From: Squalus acanthias
Lineage: Eukaryota
Direction of reading: 5' to 3'
DNA: 64,000 nucleotides
NCBI GenBank assembly: GCA_030390025.1
Contig: CM059430.1
Span: 73,470,001-73,534,000 of the forward strand
In this document: in pieces, positions 37,706-51,003 of the stretch
Position numbering within the stretch: position 1 is the stretch's first letter
Layout of the letters: every line of letters begins with the position of its first letter
Notes under the pieces: model-generated
The model's database searches: none
Seen by the model: only the letters and a program-made list of their open reading frames with translations
What the model was told of the DNA's origin: nothing
Program-made: the position numbers and the translations under genes

Positions 37706-40191
37706 GACCATGGCAGGACGCTGACTAACGGTTATTTGCATTTTTTGTTGTCAGTAGGAAATTAGGACCGACGTGGCTGATCACCTCGTCGATTAAGGAA
37801 GGATACTTTCGAGGAGCATAGTACACGTGATGTTCCATTAAAACTGAGAAACTCAACCAATGTTGAGAAAGTCCGAGGTAAGATGTTTGAGTAGTTGAGC
37901 ATGACAGAATTAGGTTTATTTTTGACCAGTCCGGAAGTGAGCCTGTGTCTAAATTAGACAGAGTGGATCCAGAGACCAGCCAGTCTGGGAAAAATCAAAT
38001 CAGACAAGGGCTGGCATTTTCAGTTTGCGTGAAAGTTTGTGTGAATGTATGGAATTTTCCTGACCTACGAATGTTTCTTAAGTTAACGCATTGGTTTTGT
38101 TTGAAAGTCTATATTTAAATTAATGTCGGTTTGAAGTTTGTTTTTATTGTCAGCGCCACCCTCTTCTGTTCACAGATCTGAAAGCAGTTTATCCCTTTCT
38201 AGTCTTGTCTTTGACGTTGGAAGTATTTTAAAGATTTTAATCAATGTGATTTCCACAAATGTATGTTGTTTTAAGTTTGTTAATTTTTTTCACTCTCTGT
38301 ATGTACACATATGTATTATTTTTGAGATATTTGTCATCATGTTTTATATTTCGACCTAATTGAAACAGTGTGAATATTTCTTGGTCTCGCGAGCTGGGAC
38401 TGCCCCATAAAATGTGGCGCTTTCCACGTTCATAGTCAATACAGGGCTCACTGCTTCTAAGCAACATGAAAGGGTGAATATGGTGGTCGAGTATATTAAT
38501 TTCAATTTAAGATTGCACACCCAGAATTGGGGAAAACGTTGAATTACATTTTACGTTAAAGACAATTTTTACGAAAGCTCAGCTGTGCGACTGTGAAAAG
38601 CAGAAAGTGTGAGTTTTATAAAAGGTAAGCTTCAGCCTTTTATTTATCTAGGATTACCTAGGATATACAGCACCGAAACAGGCCATTCGTCCCAACAAGT
38701 ACATTCTGGCATTTCTGCTCCAATCGAGCTTTTCGCTTCAAACACTCCCTGAAGAAGGGAGTTCCAAATTCTCAACACTCTCTGTGTAAAGATGTTCCTT
38801 CTGAATTCCCTATTTGATTTCTTGCTGACTATTACATATTGATGGCGTATATATTTTTGCTCTTCCCTACAAGTGCAAACACTCTCTCTGTCTCTACTCT
38901 ATCAAAAACTTTCATGATTTTAAAGTGCTCTATTAGGTCAAGACAAAAGAGTTCCCGCCTGTTCATCCTTGTAAATCTTCTTTGCACCCTCTCTAGTGCC
39001 TCTATATCATTTATATGATATGGCGACCAAAATTGTACATAGTATTCCAAGTGTGTTCTAGCCAAAGTTCGATACAAGCTTAGCATAACTTCACTTCTTT
39101 TCAATTCTAGTTTTTGATTTGCTTCTTTGTGTCCTTATTAACCTGTGTCGATACTTTTAGTGATTTGTGTATTTAAACTCCGAGATCCCTTTTCTCCTCT
39201 ACCCAATTTAGATTCATATTTTGCAAGTAATATGTTACCTCCCTCTCTTTCTCCCCCAAATGCAATACCTCACATTTATCTGTGTTGAATTTAATTTACC
39301 AATGATATGCCTATTCTGCAGGGTTATTAATGTATTCTTGTAATTTGTTGCCTACTCCTCAGTATTTACTGTCCCCCCCAATTTGGTGTCATCCGCAAAT
39401 TTAGAGATTATGTTTTGATTCCAAAATCGAAATCGTTAATATAAGTTGTGAACAACATTCGTTCCAGCACTGATCCTTGTGGAACAGCACTTCCTAATTT
39501 CTGCCACTCTCAATAGCAACCCTTTATCTCTACTCTCTGCTTTCTGTCTTGAAGCCAGATAGCTCTCCATTCTGCTACTTGCCCCCTGACTCCGCATTCC
39601 CTGACATTATTCATTAGTCTATTATGTGGTACCTTATCGAAGGCCTTTTGAAAATCTAGACAAATTACAGCTACGACATTAATCTTGTCTACTCTCTCTG
39701 TTAACTCTTCGAAAAATTCAATTTGTTTTTTTTAGCAAGACTTTCCCTTTTGAAATCCAAGCTGAATATTTATTATTTTATTTTTTATTTCCAGATATTC
39801 CTTCATTTTCTCCATTAGCAGGATTTCATTATATTTCCTGACACCGATATTAAGCTGACTGTTCTATAGATCTCTGAACATGTTCATCTCCTTTCTAACG
39901 TATAAGCATTATGATAGCTATCCGCCAGTCCTCTGGCAGTACATATTGTTCTAATGATTTACTAAATATGTACAGTAATGCCTCTGCTATCTCTTCCCTA
40001 GATTCTTTTAGAATGCCGAATGTAATCCGTTTTACCAGGGAATTTAACCTCTTTGAGTTTCATTAGTTTATTTAATATATCTCCTCGTTTTATTTTAAAT
40101 GTTGTTATCTCATTACTGATCTCATCATCCGATATCACCTCCACTTGTTCTATCTCCCTGGTAAATACTGAAGTAAAGTAATTATTTAATT

Positions 40192-40918
40192 GGGGAAGAA
40201 ATTCGGGTCTCCACGGGTGAGTAGGTGCTATGTACTCACCCGCAGGGCCACCGGAAGTGCCGGTTTCGCGCATGCACTGAGCATGCATGGGAAACAGGAA
40301 CTTCCGATCTCCTGAAAGAAGGGGTTCGAGGGTCAAACCTCGGGGTTTTTTTCAGGTTTCTCCGTGAGGGTAAGTATGGAGAAGTTGCGCAGGAAAAAAG
40401 GAGGTGCAAGGCCTGCTTCTAACAAGTTAAGTGGTGAATTAAATACAATTTAAACATTTTTCAACAGGTTTATCTTTTTTACATACTGTAAAGAAAGGTA
40501 AGTTTATTTTTAGCAACGTTAAAAAGTGTAATTAATGTTTTCAAAAATTTTATTATATGTTTAAATTAGTGAATGTATGTATTTTATCGTTATTTTTCAA
40601 AAGTGATTTTTTTTTTAAATTTACTGGAAGTGTAAGTTAGGTTTTGGGGCCGATCTCTATCATAGATTTGAAAGGTCTTCCTGCAAAATCTATGCATGGA
40701 GATTCCCTTCTCTGATTGGCTCTCCATGTCCCATGTGATCCCAGGGGACGCTTCAAAGTAACGGCGCCCCTCAGATATGCAAGCACTGCGTGCCGGCAGC
40801 TGCAGGATGCCCAGGAGCCGAATTCCATCCGGGCCCGAAGCACGATGGCAGGCGCGATAGGTAAGTACGTGCGCAATCCTTGTAGCCGTGGGAAGCCGGA
40901 GAGCTGAATGTCTTGCCC
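40192..40918. mobile_element. PIF/Harbinger-type MITE
   Basis: Homologous to 36774-37527; TSD ATT/ATT. Confidence 0.8.
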
Positions 40919-40921
40919 ATT

Positions 40922-41651
40922 GGTCCAAAAATTCAACCCGCGACGCGAGAGTACGCACTGCGTACTCTCGCGTATTCTCTCTCAAATTGCCGGTTTTCTG
41001 CATGCCCTGCGCATGCGCTGAAAACCGGCACTTGGTCTTTTGAAAAGGGGGCGGTTCCTCAGTGCATCGTGTGCACGCTACAGGCTGCGCGCACGCTGTG
41101 CACTTCGTGCTTTGGACGCGCAGGTCAGTACGGAAGATATTAGAAATGGAAAAAGGAGGAGTAAGACCCACTTTTAACAAGGTAAGTAGTGAATTAAGTA
41201 TTTTTTTGAATTTTTTTTAACAGGTATATCTTTTTTAGAGACTTTAAAGACAGGTAAGTTTATTTTTATAACTTTAAATTTTTTCGAAAATTTAATTTTT
41301 TATTTAAAATGGTTAATTTATTTAACTATACTTATTTTATTAATGTGATGGTTTTATTTTAATTTAATTGAGGTTTAGCTGTTATTTTGGGGTGGTGTAA
41401 GATTCATAGATTTCACAGCACGTATGTGATACTTATGAATGGAAGATGGTGTGCTGCCATTGGCTCTAACTGAGTCACGTGATCCCACAGCTCGCACGAA
41501 TTCACTACGCCGGTGGGATACGCAAGCACTGCCCAGCTGATGTCTGGAACATCAAGTTCGTGCGAGGTGGATCTGAAAAAGCACAAGCGGAGTGAGAGGA
41601 CGCGGGGAAGCCTTACCCCCGCGGGAACAGAGCGAGATCAATTTCTGGGCC
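40922..41651. mobile_element. PIF/Harbinger-type MITE (family Y)
   Basis: Closely similar to 3369-4080; TSD ATT/ATT. Confidence 0.82.
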
Positions 41652-41904
41652 ATTATCTCTGCCAACTCTCTATCGCTGCCTGTGGTTTTATGCTGTAAAT
41701 CAATTAGCTGTTATCCTAATTATGCTATTCTCATCCCGACCTTCCTTTTTTATTTAAGTGCCTGTAAAATATTTTACTATTTTAATTGATTTTCCTTGAT
41801 AATTTAATTTCATAGTTGATCTTTGGCTTCCCAATTTTCTTTGACTTCTCCCCTAATCTCTTCATATTCTGTTGACTATTCTAACGCACTCCTGGCTAGC
41901 CTCC

Positions 41905-42425
41905 CACCTTCTAACGTGAGGTCATCCAAAACTCGGCGGCTCGTGCCCAAACTCGCACCAAGCCCCGTTAACCCATATGTGTGTGCTCTCTGACATACAT
42001 TGGCTCCCGATTAAGCAACGCCTTGAAACAAAATTCTCACCCTTGTTTTCAATTGACTCCATGGCCTTACCCCTCCCTATTTCTGTAACCTGCTTCAGAC
42101 TCACGGCCCCCCGAAATATATGTGCTCCTCAAATTCTGGCCTCTTGAGCATCTCTGATTATAATCGTTCAAACATCAGTGGCCGTGCCTTAAGCTGCCTA
42201 ATCTGCTAAATTCTGGAATTCCGTCCCTCAACCTCTCCACATCTGTACCTCTCTTTCCTCCATTAAGACGCTCCTTAAAACCTACCTCTTTGTCCAAGCT
42301 TTAGGTAACCTGCCCTAATTTCTTATGTGGCTCGGTGTCAATTTTGTGTCTTATAGCACACCTGTGAAGCACCTTATGACGTTTTACTGTGTTAAATGTG
42401 CTATATAAATACAAGTTGGTGTTGT
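41905..42425 (+). mobile_element. L2-type LINE 3' fragment
   Basis: LHWLPI-like and LWNS motifs; CTCCTTAAAACCTACCTCTTTG; tail GCTATATAAATACAAGTTG. Confidence 0.75.
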
Positions 42426-44608
42426 TTGTGTTACTCTGCCTTACCAGGTGCACCGCTGCTGTCCAGGTACTTAATGTATGCTTCTTTCTTCATGCACAAT
42501 TTTTTTTCCTCGTGGCTTTAATCATTCACTGTGTCTCATTAGTATTTAGATTGTTCTTGTTTTTTAGCAGAATATATTTTTCCTGGACCCGGTCGATCAA
42601 CAATTTAAATGTTTAACATTGCTGTTCTACATCACTGTTTGCCAATGTAGTTGTCCACTTTAATTCCCGAATTTCTATTCTCAGCCCCTGTAAATCAGCT
42701 TTTCTCCAATCTATTAACCTGGTCTTTGTCATGGTTATGTCTTTCTCAATTATTACTTAAAACGTATTATATTATGGTTACTATTGCCGAGATATTCCCC
42801 TACTTTTACTTCTGTAACTGCTCTGGCCCATTCCCCATTATTAGATCCAATAGCCAATCCTCCCTAGTTCTGATTTTAACATATTGGGTTAAAATGGAGT
42901 CCTGTACATATTGTAGGGACTCCATTTCCTTAACTAATTTAACGATCTCTTTTGTCCAATAAATATCTAGTTAGTTCAATTCCCCCATCATCATTATTCT
43001 ATGATTTTTACTCATTTCCCTAATTTCTTTGCATATTTCTTCCTCCATTACACTTCCAATATTAGGTTATCTGTCGTCTAACACTATTAGTGTCATTGTC
43101 CCTTAATTTTCTTTTATCTCTGTCCACATGGATTCTATTTCTGTTTTAATGGAAGCTGCGTCAATTTTCTCTACTGCCATTATGTTATCGCTAATAGGTA
43201 CAGATACCCCACCTCCCCTTATCCCCTCTCTATCTTTGCTAACTATGTTAAACCCTTCAATGTTTAATTCCCATTCCTGGTTTTTCTGTAGCCATGTCTC
43301 AGTAATTCCTACGATGTCTGTTTCATCGCAACGCATGATTGCCCCCAGCTCCCCTGTTTTATTATGTTCACTGTGTGCATTGTTGTACAGACAGATTAAA
43401 TCATGTTTCTAACATTTCCTCTCATTCTATTTGTTACCATCATTTTAACGACCTGTACTATAAATCTATTTATTCCCTTGCCATAAATGTCCTCCCTTAG
43501 TTTACTCTTTCCTGTGCTCTCCTTTCCTGTTTCCTTTATATTTAGGCGGGTTTCCTTTCTTGTAGATCCCTCCCCCATCTTACTAGTTTAATGACTTTGC
43601 GACCTCCCTTTCCGCTGGGACACGGGTCCTATCCTGCTTCAGTTGGAGCCCGTCCCATCGACACAGATCCTTTCTGTCCCAGTACTGATGCTAGTGTCCA
43701 ATGAAAAAGAACCGCTCTTTCCGAGACCATCACTTTAGCCACGTGTTAATTCACCTCAGCTGACTGTTTCTAGGCCAATTTGCAGGTGGCTCGGTCAATA
43801 ATCCAAATATTATTGCCCTCGAGGTCCTACTTTTTAATTTAGCTCCTAACTCCTGATGTTCCCTCAGCAGGCCCTCTTCTCTGTTGCTCCCTAAGTCGTT
43901 TGTTCTGACATGGAACACAACAACTGGATTTAACCCTACCTCCCGCCTTTCAAAATTCCTCTCCAGCCGCCACGAGGTATCCCTTAACCTGGCACCGGGT
44001 AGGCAACACACCCTTCGGAATTCTCGTTCTTGACTGCAGAGGATGCTATCTAGCCCCCTATTTATAGAATCCCGTAAAACTACCACATTTCTATTCTGCT
44101 CTTGCCCCCACCCCCCTCTTGGCCAGCCTTCTGAGCCACGGTGCCTTGCTCAGCATTGTGGATGTCCTGCCTGCAGTCTTTGTCCTTGTCCTCACAGAAA
44201 CCGAATATATCGTATCTGTTGGACAGGAAAACTTTCCGCGGGACCTCCTTCTCAAACTCTCCTATCTCCCTGCTGCACGGCACCCTAACATTGTATGGAG
44301 TCTGTTGCTAGATGAATTTGCAATTTTCAAAGCACTTCATATCGATAGGATTATAGATAATAGGTGCTATTGATTCATGCAGTTTAAATTAAAGATGCAT
44401 AGTCTCGAATCAAATCAAATGAAATGTTTACAAAGCGCTTTTATCTTAATTCGGTTACTGAAAGTCCGAGACCTGCTAATGTTATTGAATCCTCCCCTCC
44501 CCCTAGGGTTATGACATATAAGAAGTAATCAGTAATTTTATTTTGGTTTGAGAAAAAAACACTAAATTAAAATATGATGGAATTTAGAAGGAGAAACGGA
44601 AAAACTTT

Positions 44609-46480
44609 GAGGCAGAATTTGCGGTCGGTGTGATGGTGTCCTCTCAGGGTAAGCCGTCATACTGCCTTAGAAATTGACTGCAAATAGCATGCGCTAAATC
44701 CCAAAATTGCGATCTGTCAAGTTTCGACTAGACATGTCATCCACAGTGACGGTGAGATCATCATTGCTGGCGCAGGGTTGCACTAATTGCCCACCAACTG
44801 CCCAGAAATTGCACAGGAACGTTTTACGTCTGGTGCAAACAGGTGCAGGAGTCTGTTTGCAGAGCGTAATTGGAGAGGGCATAGGCAGCAATTTGAAATA
44901 TGCATACGTCAGGATATTTTTTTTCAAACTAAATATCTTTATCCACGTAACTATTTCCAGATCCCAACACAACTCGCGGAGACAAAGAGGCAAAGGATGA
45001 AAACATTCTACTAAGAATGAGAGACTTATTACTTATTAATAAAACTGGTGGTATTTGGGGACTGATTTATTCATTAATATATCTGGGGTGAGTGAGAGAC
45101 TTATTTATTTATTAATAGAGCTGGGGGGAGTGACACACAGATGTATTTATTATTATAACAGGGGTGAGTGAGACTCAAATGTCATGAATGGGCACTGGAG
45201 ATTTCTGTTTCCAGATTGGAGCACCACCCCACTTGATACCCAGGTACGCTTATGCACACGGTGCACCCCTGGATCCGTGGGCCACTAAGCTGTGCACAAG
45301 TCTGCAGTGAAACAACGCAAGTTTTCGAAGGAGGTCGCTCACCAGCTCAGTGCAATTTTTTTTGGAGGTCCGCATTGTATTCATTATCTACTACGCCGGC
45401 CGCAATTCCAGGGTTTACATGTTGATTTTCTATTTACTAGCTGCATCAGTTATTTTGTGTACAACGTAATTTTTCTTTAATAAAAAGCCTGTGTGAATGT
45501 TTCGGAGCCCACAAGCTGTGGATACTTCAACTTTAATCACTTTTTATAAGGAATGTTGAAGGTTTTTTTTAACTGTGAAAGCTAACATTTTCTTTCGTTA
45601 TATTACAGCCACTTGGAAAGAAAGAACAACAAGATGACATGATTTTCTGGGTGTTTTATAAGCACATTCTATTTTTTTGTCTGAATTGTGTTTTGCTAAT
45701 AAAATATTGAACTGAATTACGTTGGAATTATGCTAGTTTACTAAAATATTGTGAAAATCCGTATTTCATTGTGGCAACAGGCAAATTCTGGTTGTTGTAA
45801 ATTATGTGGCGTTCTATAATTCCGGTCATAAGACTTCACATGTGAAATTGACAGTTTCCAATTGCTGAAATATTTAATGATATGAACTGGAACATATTGG
45901 GACATTTGAGATGCTAATTTTGGTTATACGGGAAAAATCTTGGGATTTAAAAACTTTTAAAAAAATTCTAAAGCTTAAAATCAACTGCTGTCTTATTTGT
46001 AAAGTTAATAGAGATGTTACTAATGATTTCTGCAGTTTTAACTGTTTTCAGTTCCGAAGGATAAAAAAGTTGTTAGGATCATTGTGCAAGTTTTAAAAGG
46101 TACAAAGTCGTTGAAGAAAGTAAAATGGAATTTGGTTCTTTTTCTTTAGGCAAAGTTTGTTTCATAAAAAATATTAAAGAGTCGTAATTGCGTCTGATGA
46201 TATCTTATAAACATTCAAATATGGCAAAACTTTCCGTTGAGAGATGTTTTAAATTCACGACAGGACAAGTTTTGTATTGCTGAATAAAAATTTATGTATT
46301 GAGCATTATAATATAACGGCCCTCAAATTTCCATCTCAATGACGGTGTAATCCAGAGAATGCCATCGCAATCGATTTGAAAAGCTCCGCAACTCCAGGGT
46401 TTCCGCTTGGGCTTGCACGTCTGCGAAATCCAGAACTTGTGATCTATCAAGATACAGCTGGAAAATCCGACGCAGTGCCT
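44609..46480. mobile_element. Possible old non-autonomous DNA transposon
   Basis: Starts GAGGCAGAATTTGCGGTC; motif TTG(C/T)GATCT(G/A)TCAAG recurs near 44707 and 46437; AT-rich interior; ends poorly defined. Confidence 0.3.
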
Positions 46481-47036
46481 GATTTCATCAGAATTTGAAT
46501 TGGTTTATGCAAATATGGGCCCGACAACATCCTGGCTGCTTGCTGAAGACTTGTTTCTTCACAACAAGCTTTTACTCCAGCCAAGCTGTTCAAGAACCGC
46601 TACGACAACTGGCATTTACCCGACAACGTGGAAAGTTGTGCAATTATGTCCTGTCCAGGAGAAGCCGGACAAATCCAATCCATCCAATTACCACCCCATC
46701 AGCCTAATCTCAATCATCAGCAAAATGATGGCATTTTCGTGTAAAGTGCTATCAGGCGGTAATTACCCCTCAAGAACTTGCTCACTGATGCTCAATTTGG
46801 TTTCTGCCAGCAACACATCGCTGCAGATGATCCTTCATGTTCGAGGGCCAACCATCCTCAGCTGCTTCATAAATAAACTTCCCTCCATCACTAGGACAGA
46901 AGTTGGGGATGGGCGCTGTTGATTGCACAATGTTCATTTCCATTTGCAAATCCTCAGAAATTGAAGCAGCCCATGCCCGCCTGCCGCAAGATCCGCACGA
47001 TATTCAAACTTGGGCTGATAAGTGGCAATTAACATT

Positions 47037-50000
47037 GGTCGCATTGGAAGATGCATTGCTGTACCTGGTTCTGGGGAATGAGGTGGACCAGTTCGACCAA
47101 GTGTCTGTGGGAGAACACTTCGGTACGACTGATCATTGTATCATACGATTTAGATTAACAATGGAGAGGAGCATGGAACAATCTAGAGAGGAAAATCGAA
47201 ACTGGAATAGGGCTAAATTCAATGGGAATCGAAAGGATCCAAATCGGGTAACATGGAACCAAAGGCTACCAGGAAAAACTGTATCGGAACAATTGGTGAA
47301 CTTTGAGGAGGAGAAGTTGCAAGTACAGGCTAGGTACATTCCAACAAGAGGGAAGGGTACGGGATACAAAGCAAGGTCTCCTTGGATGATGAGGGAGATA
47401 GATAAGATGATGAAACAAAGAAAAAGGAGTATAATTCATGTCAGTTGAATTCTTCATGGGAGAACTACATACAATAAGTTGAGAGGGGATGTGAAGATGA
47501 AAATAAGATTGGCAAAGAGAGAATAGGAGAGTAGAATGGCGGTTCACATAAGAGGGAACCCAAAAATCTTCTACAGGCATGTAAACAGTAAACGGAGAGT
47601 AAGAGGTGGGCTGTGGCCTATTAGAGACAAAGAAGGTGATATATGCTTAGAGGCACAGGGCAAGGCTAGAATACTTAATGAGAACTGTGCATCGCAGTTT
47701 ACGAATGACGTGGATGCTGACAAAATATCGGAAGAAATGGAAAAGCTAGAAGCAATGGAAGAACTGCAAATTGATAGAATGGATGTACTACAAACTCGGT
47801 CTATGCTTAGATTGAAGAAGTCGCAAGGTCCAGATGGCTTGCCTTCCAGGTTGTTAAGGGAATTGGCGGAGGAGATTGCGGAATGGCTAGCCATAATTTT
47901 CCAATCTTCCCTAAATGCGGGGGAGGTGCCTGAGCATTGGTAAGTGGCAAAAGTGGCACAATATTTCAAGAAAGGGTATAAGCAGAATCCTAGTAACTAA
48001 AGACCGCTCAGTGTAACATCAGTGTTTGGTAAAGTTTTATCAACAATAATCACGGAAAAGATTAATGGGCACTTGGAGAGGTTTAAACTTATTAAAGAGA
48101 GCCAATACGATTACTAGAAAGGCAGATCCTGTTTGGGCAATCTAATTGAATGTTTTGATGAAGTAGCAGAGAGGATTGATGAAGGGAATGCAATGGATGT
48201 TGTCGACATGGATTTTCGGAAGGCGTTTGACGAAGTACAACAGAGAAAGCTGGTTAACAAAATTGATGCTCATGGAATAGGTGAGTCAGTGGCAGCTTGG
48301 TGAAGGAGGACGCTTCAGTACAAAAAACCGCGTGTTGTGGATAATGGCTGTTTTTGAGACTCGAGGTTGGGAGACAGTAGTGTTTGACAAGGGTCAGTGC
48401 TGAGGACAATGCTTTTTTTGATATATATATATGTATATATGACCTGGATATGGAATACAGAATAGAATTTCTAAATTTGCGGGTGACACCAAATATGGGG
48501 GTGTGGCAAACAGTGATGATAATGTCAATCGGCTGCAAACGACATAGAAACGCTAGCAGAATGGGCAGACAAGTGGCAGATGGAATTTAATACAGAGAAG
48601 TGTGAGGTGATGCATTTTGACAGGAGGAACAGGGAGAGGCATATACACTTAATAGCACAGTTTTAAAGAGTGTGCAGGGAAACAGGGACCTGGGAGTTAA
48701 TGTGCATCGGTCCCTGACGTTGGCACGACACATTGAGAGAGTGGTTAACAAAGCGTATGGAATCTTAGGCTTCATAAATAGAGGTATTGAGTACAACATA
48801 CAGAAGTCATGCTGAACATTTAAAAAGCGCTGGTTAGGCTACAAATGGAGTATTGCTTCCCGTTCTGGTCTCCTCACATCAGGAAGGATGAGAAAGCCCT
48901 TGTGAAGGTGCAGAGGAGATTTACCAGAACGTTCCGGGGATGGGGGATCTTAGCTACACGGACAGGTTGGAGAAGCTGGATTTCTTTTCATTCGTGCAAA
49001 GGAGGTTGAGGGGTGATTTGATAGAGGTGTACATGACTTTGACGGGTTTGGATAGGTTAGTAGGGGAAAGGCTGTTCCCACTATTTGATGGTAGAAGGAG
49101 TAGGAGACACATGTTCAAGTTTTTGGGAAAGAGATACAAGTGGGGATGTGAGGAAAAACTTGCTTATGCAGCGAGTGGTGATGATCTGGAATTCGGTGCC
49201 GGCGGAAGTGGTGGAAGCGGACACACTCAATGTATTCAAAGGAAGACTGAAGAGGCTTTTGAGGGAAATAAACTTGCAGGGCCACGGGGATAGAGCGGGG
49301 GAATGGGACTGACTAGATTGCTCGACAGAGAGCCGGCACTGACGAGATGGACCGATTGGCCTCCTTAAGAACATAAGAACATAAGAAATAGGAGCAGGAG
49401 TAGACCAATCTCGTCTCGAGCCTGCTCCGCCATTCAATGAGATCATGGCTGATCTGATCCAACCTCAACTCTAAAGAACACAAGAAGTAGGAGCAGTACC
49501 AGGCCACTCGGCCCCTGGGCCCGCTCCGCCACCCACAGGGCCTTGACCGATCCGAACTCAAACTCATGTCCAATTTATAGCCCGCTCCCCGTAACCCCTG
49601 ATTCCCTTTACTTCTAGGAAACGGTCTATTTCTGTTTTAAATTTATTTAATGAAGTAGCTTCCACAGCTTCCTGGGGTAGCAAATTCCACAGACCCACTA
49701 CCCTCTGAGTGAAAAAGTTTCTCCTCATCTCAGTTTTGAAAGAGGAGCCCCTTATTCTAAGATTATGTCCCCTAGTTCTAGTTTCACCCATCATTGGGAA
49801 CATCCTCACCGCGTCCAACCAATCAAGCCCCTTCACAATCTTATATGTTTCAATAAGATCGCCTCTCATTCTTCTGAACTCCAATCAGTAGAGTCCCAAT
49901 CTACTCAACCTCTCCTCGTATGTCCACTCCCTCATCCCCGGAATTAACCGAGTGAACCTTCTTTGTACTGCCTCGAGAGCAAGTATGTATTTTCTTAAGT

Positions 50001-51003
50001 ATGGACAACAAAACTGTATGCAGTACTCCAGGTGCGGTCTCACCAATACCCTATACAACTGCAGCAATACCTCACTGTTTTTATATTCTATCCCCCAAGC
50101 AATAAAAGCCAACATTCCATTGGCTTTCTTGATCACCTGCTGCACCTGCATACTAACTTTTTGATTTTCTTGCACCAAGACCCCCAGATACCTTTGTACT
50201 GCAGTACTTTCCAGTTTCTCGCCATTAAGATAATAACTTGCTCTCTGATTTTTCCTGCCAAAATGCATAACCTCACATTTTCCAATATTGTATTGCATCT
50301 GCCAAATCTCTGCCCACTCACCCAGCCTGTCTATATCCCCTTGCAGGTTGTTTATGTCCTCCTCACTCTCTACTTTCCCTCCCATCTTTGTATCATCTGC
50401 AAACTTTGATATGTTACACTCGGTCCCCTCCTCCAAATCGTTAATATAGATTGTAAAGAGTTGGGGACCCAGCACCGATCCCTGCGGAACACCACTGGCT
50501 ACTGGTTGCCAGTCCGAGAATGAACCATTTATCCCAACTCTCTGCTTCCTGTTAGATAACCAATCCTCCACCCATGTCAGAATATTATCCCCAATCCAGT
50601 GATTTTTTTTATCTTGAGTAATAATCTTTTATGTGGCACCTTGTCGAATGCCTTCTGGAAGTCTAAATACACTACATCCACTGGTTCCCCTTTATCCACC
50701 CTGTACGTTATGTCCTCAAAGAACTCGAGCAAATTTGTCAGACATGACTTCCCCTTCATAAAGCCATGCTGACTTTGTCCTATTAAATTATGTTTATCTA
50801 AATGTTCCGTTACTGTCTCCTTAATAATAGACTCCAAAATTTTACCCACCACAGAGGTTAGGCTAACTGGTCTATAATTTCCAGCCTTCTGCCTACAACC
50901 CTTTTTAAATAAGGGTGTTACTTTAGCAGTTTTCCAATCTGCCGGGACCTTTGCTGAGTTCAGGGAGTTTTGTGCCGTTATGACTCGATGACTCTATGGC
51001 TCT
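47037..51003 (+). mobile_element. CR1 LINE, 5'-truncated; its 3' tail is split by another CR1
   Basis: DHCIIRF, GPDGLPSRLLRELA, RRLRGDLIEVY; tail GGCCTCCTT|...|TGTGCCGTTATGACTCGATGACTCTATG. Confidence 0.85.
49367..50970 (-). mobile_element. CR1 LINE (family A), relatively young, 5'-truncated
   Basis: 228-aa RT fragment ([27 protein letters not shown]); (TTCTTATG)n tail. Confidence 0.95.

Larger units (their letters stand above)
38650..44350 (-). mobile_element. Near full-length decayed CR1 LINE with nested MITE pair and L2 fragment
   Basis: ORF1 esterase-like (VLRDSINRG, VCCLPGAR, RTNDLG); endonuclease DIVGITETWL; LNNYFTSVFT; LARTHLEYYVQFWSP. Confidence 0.85.
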
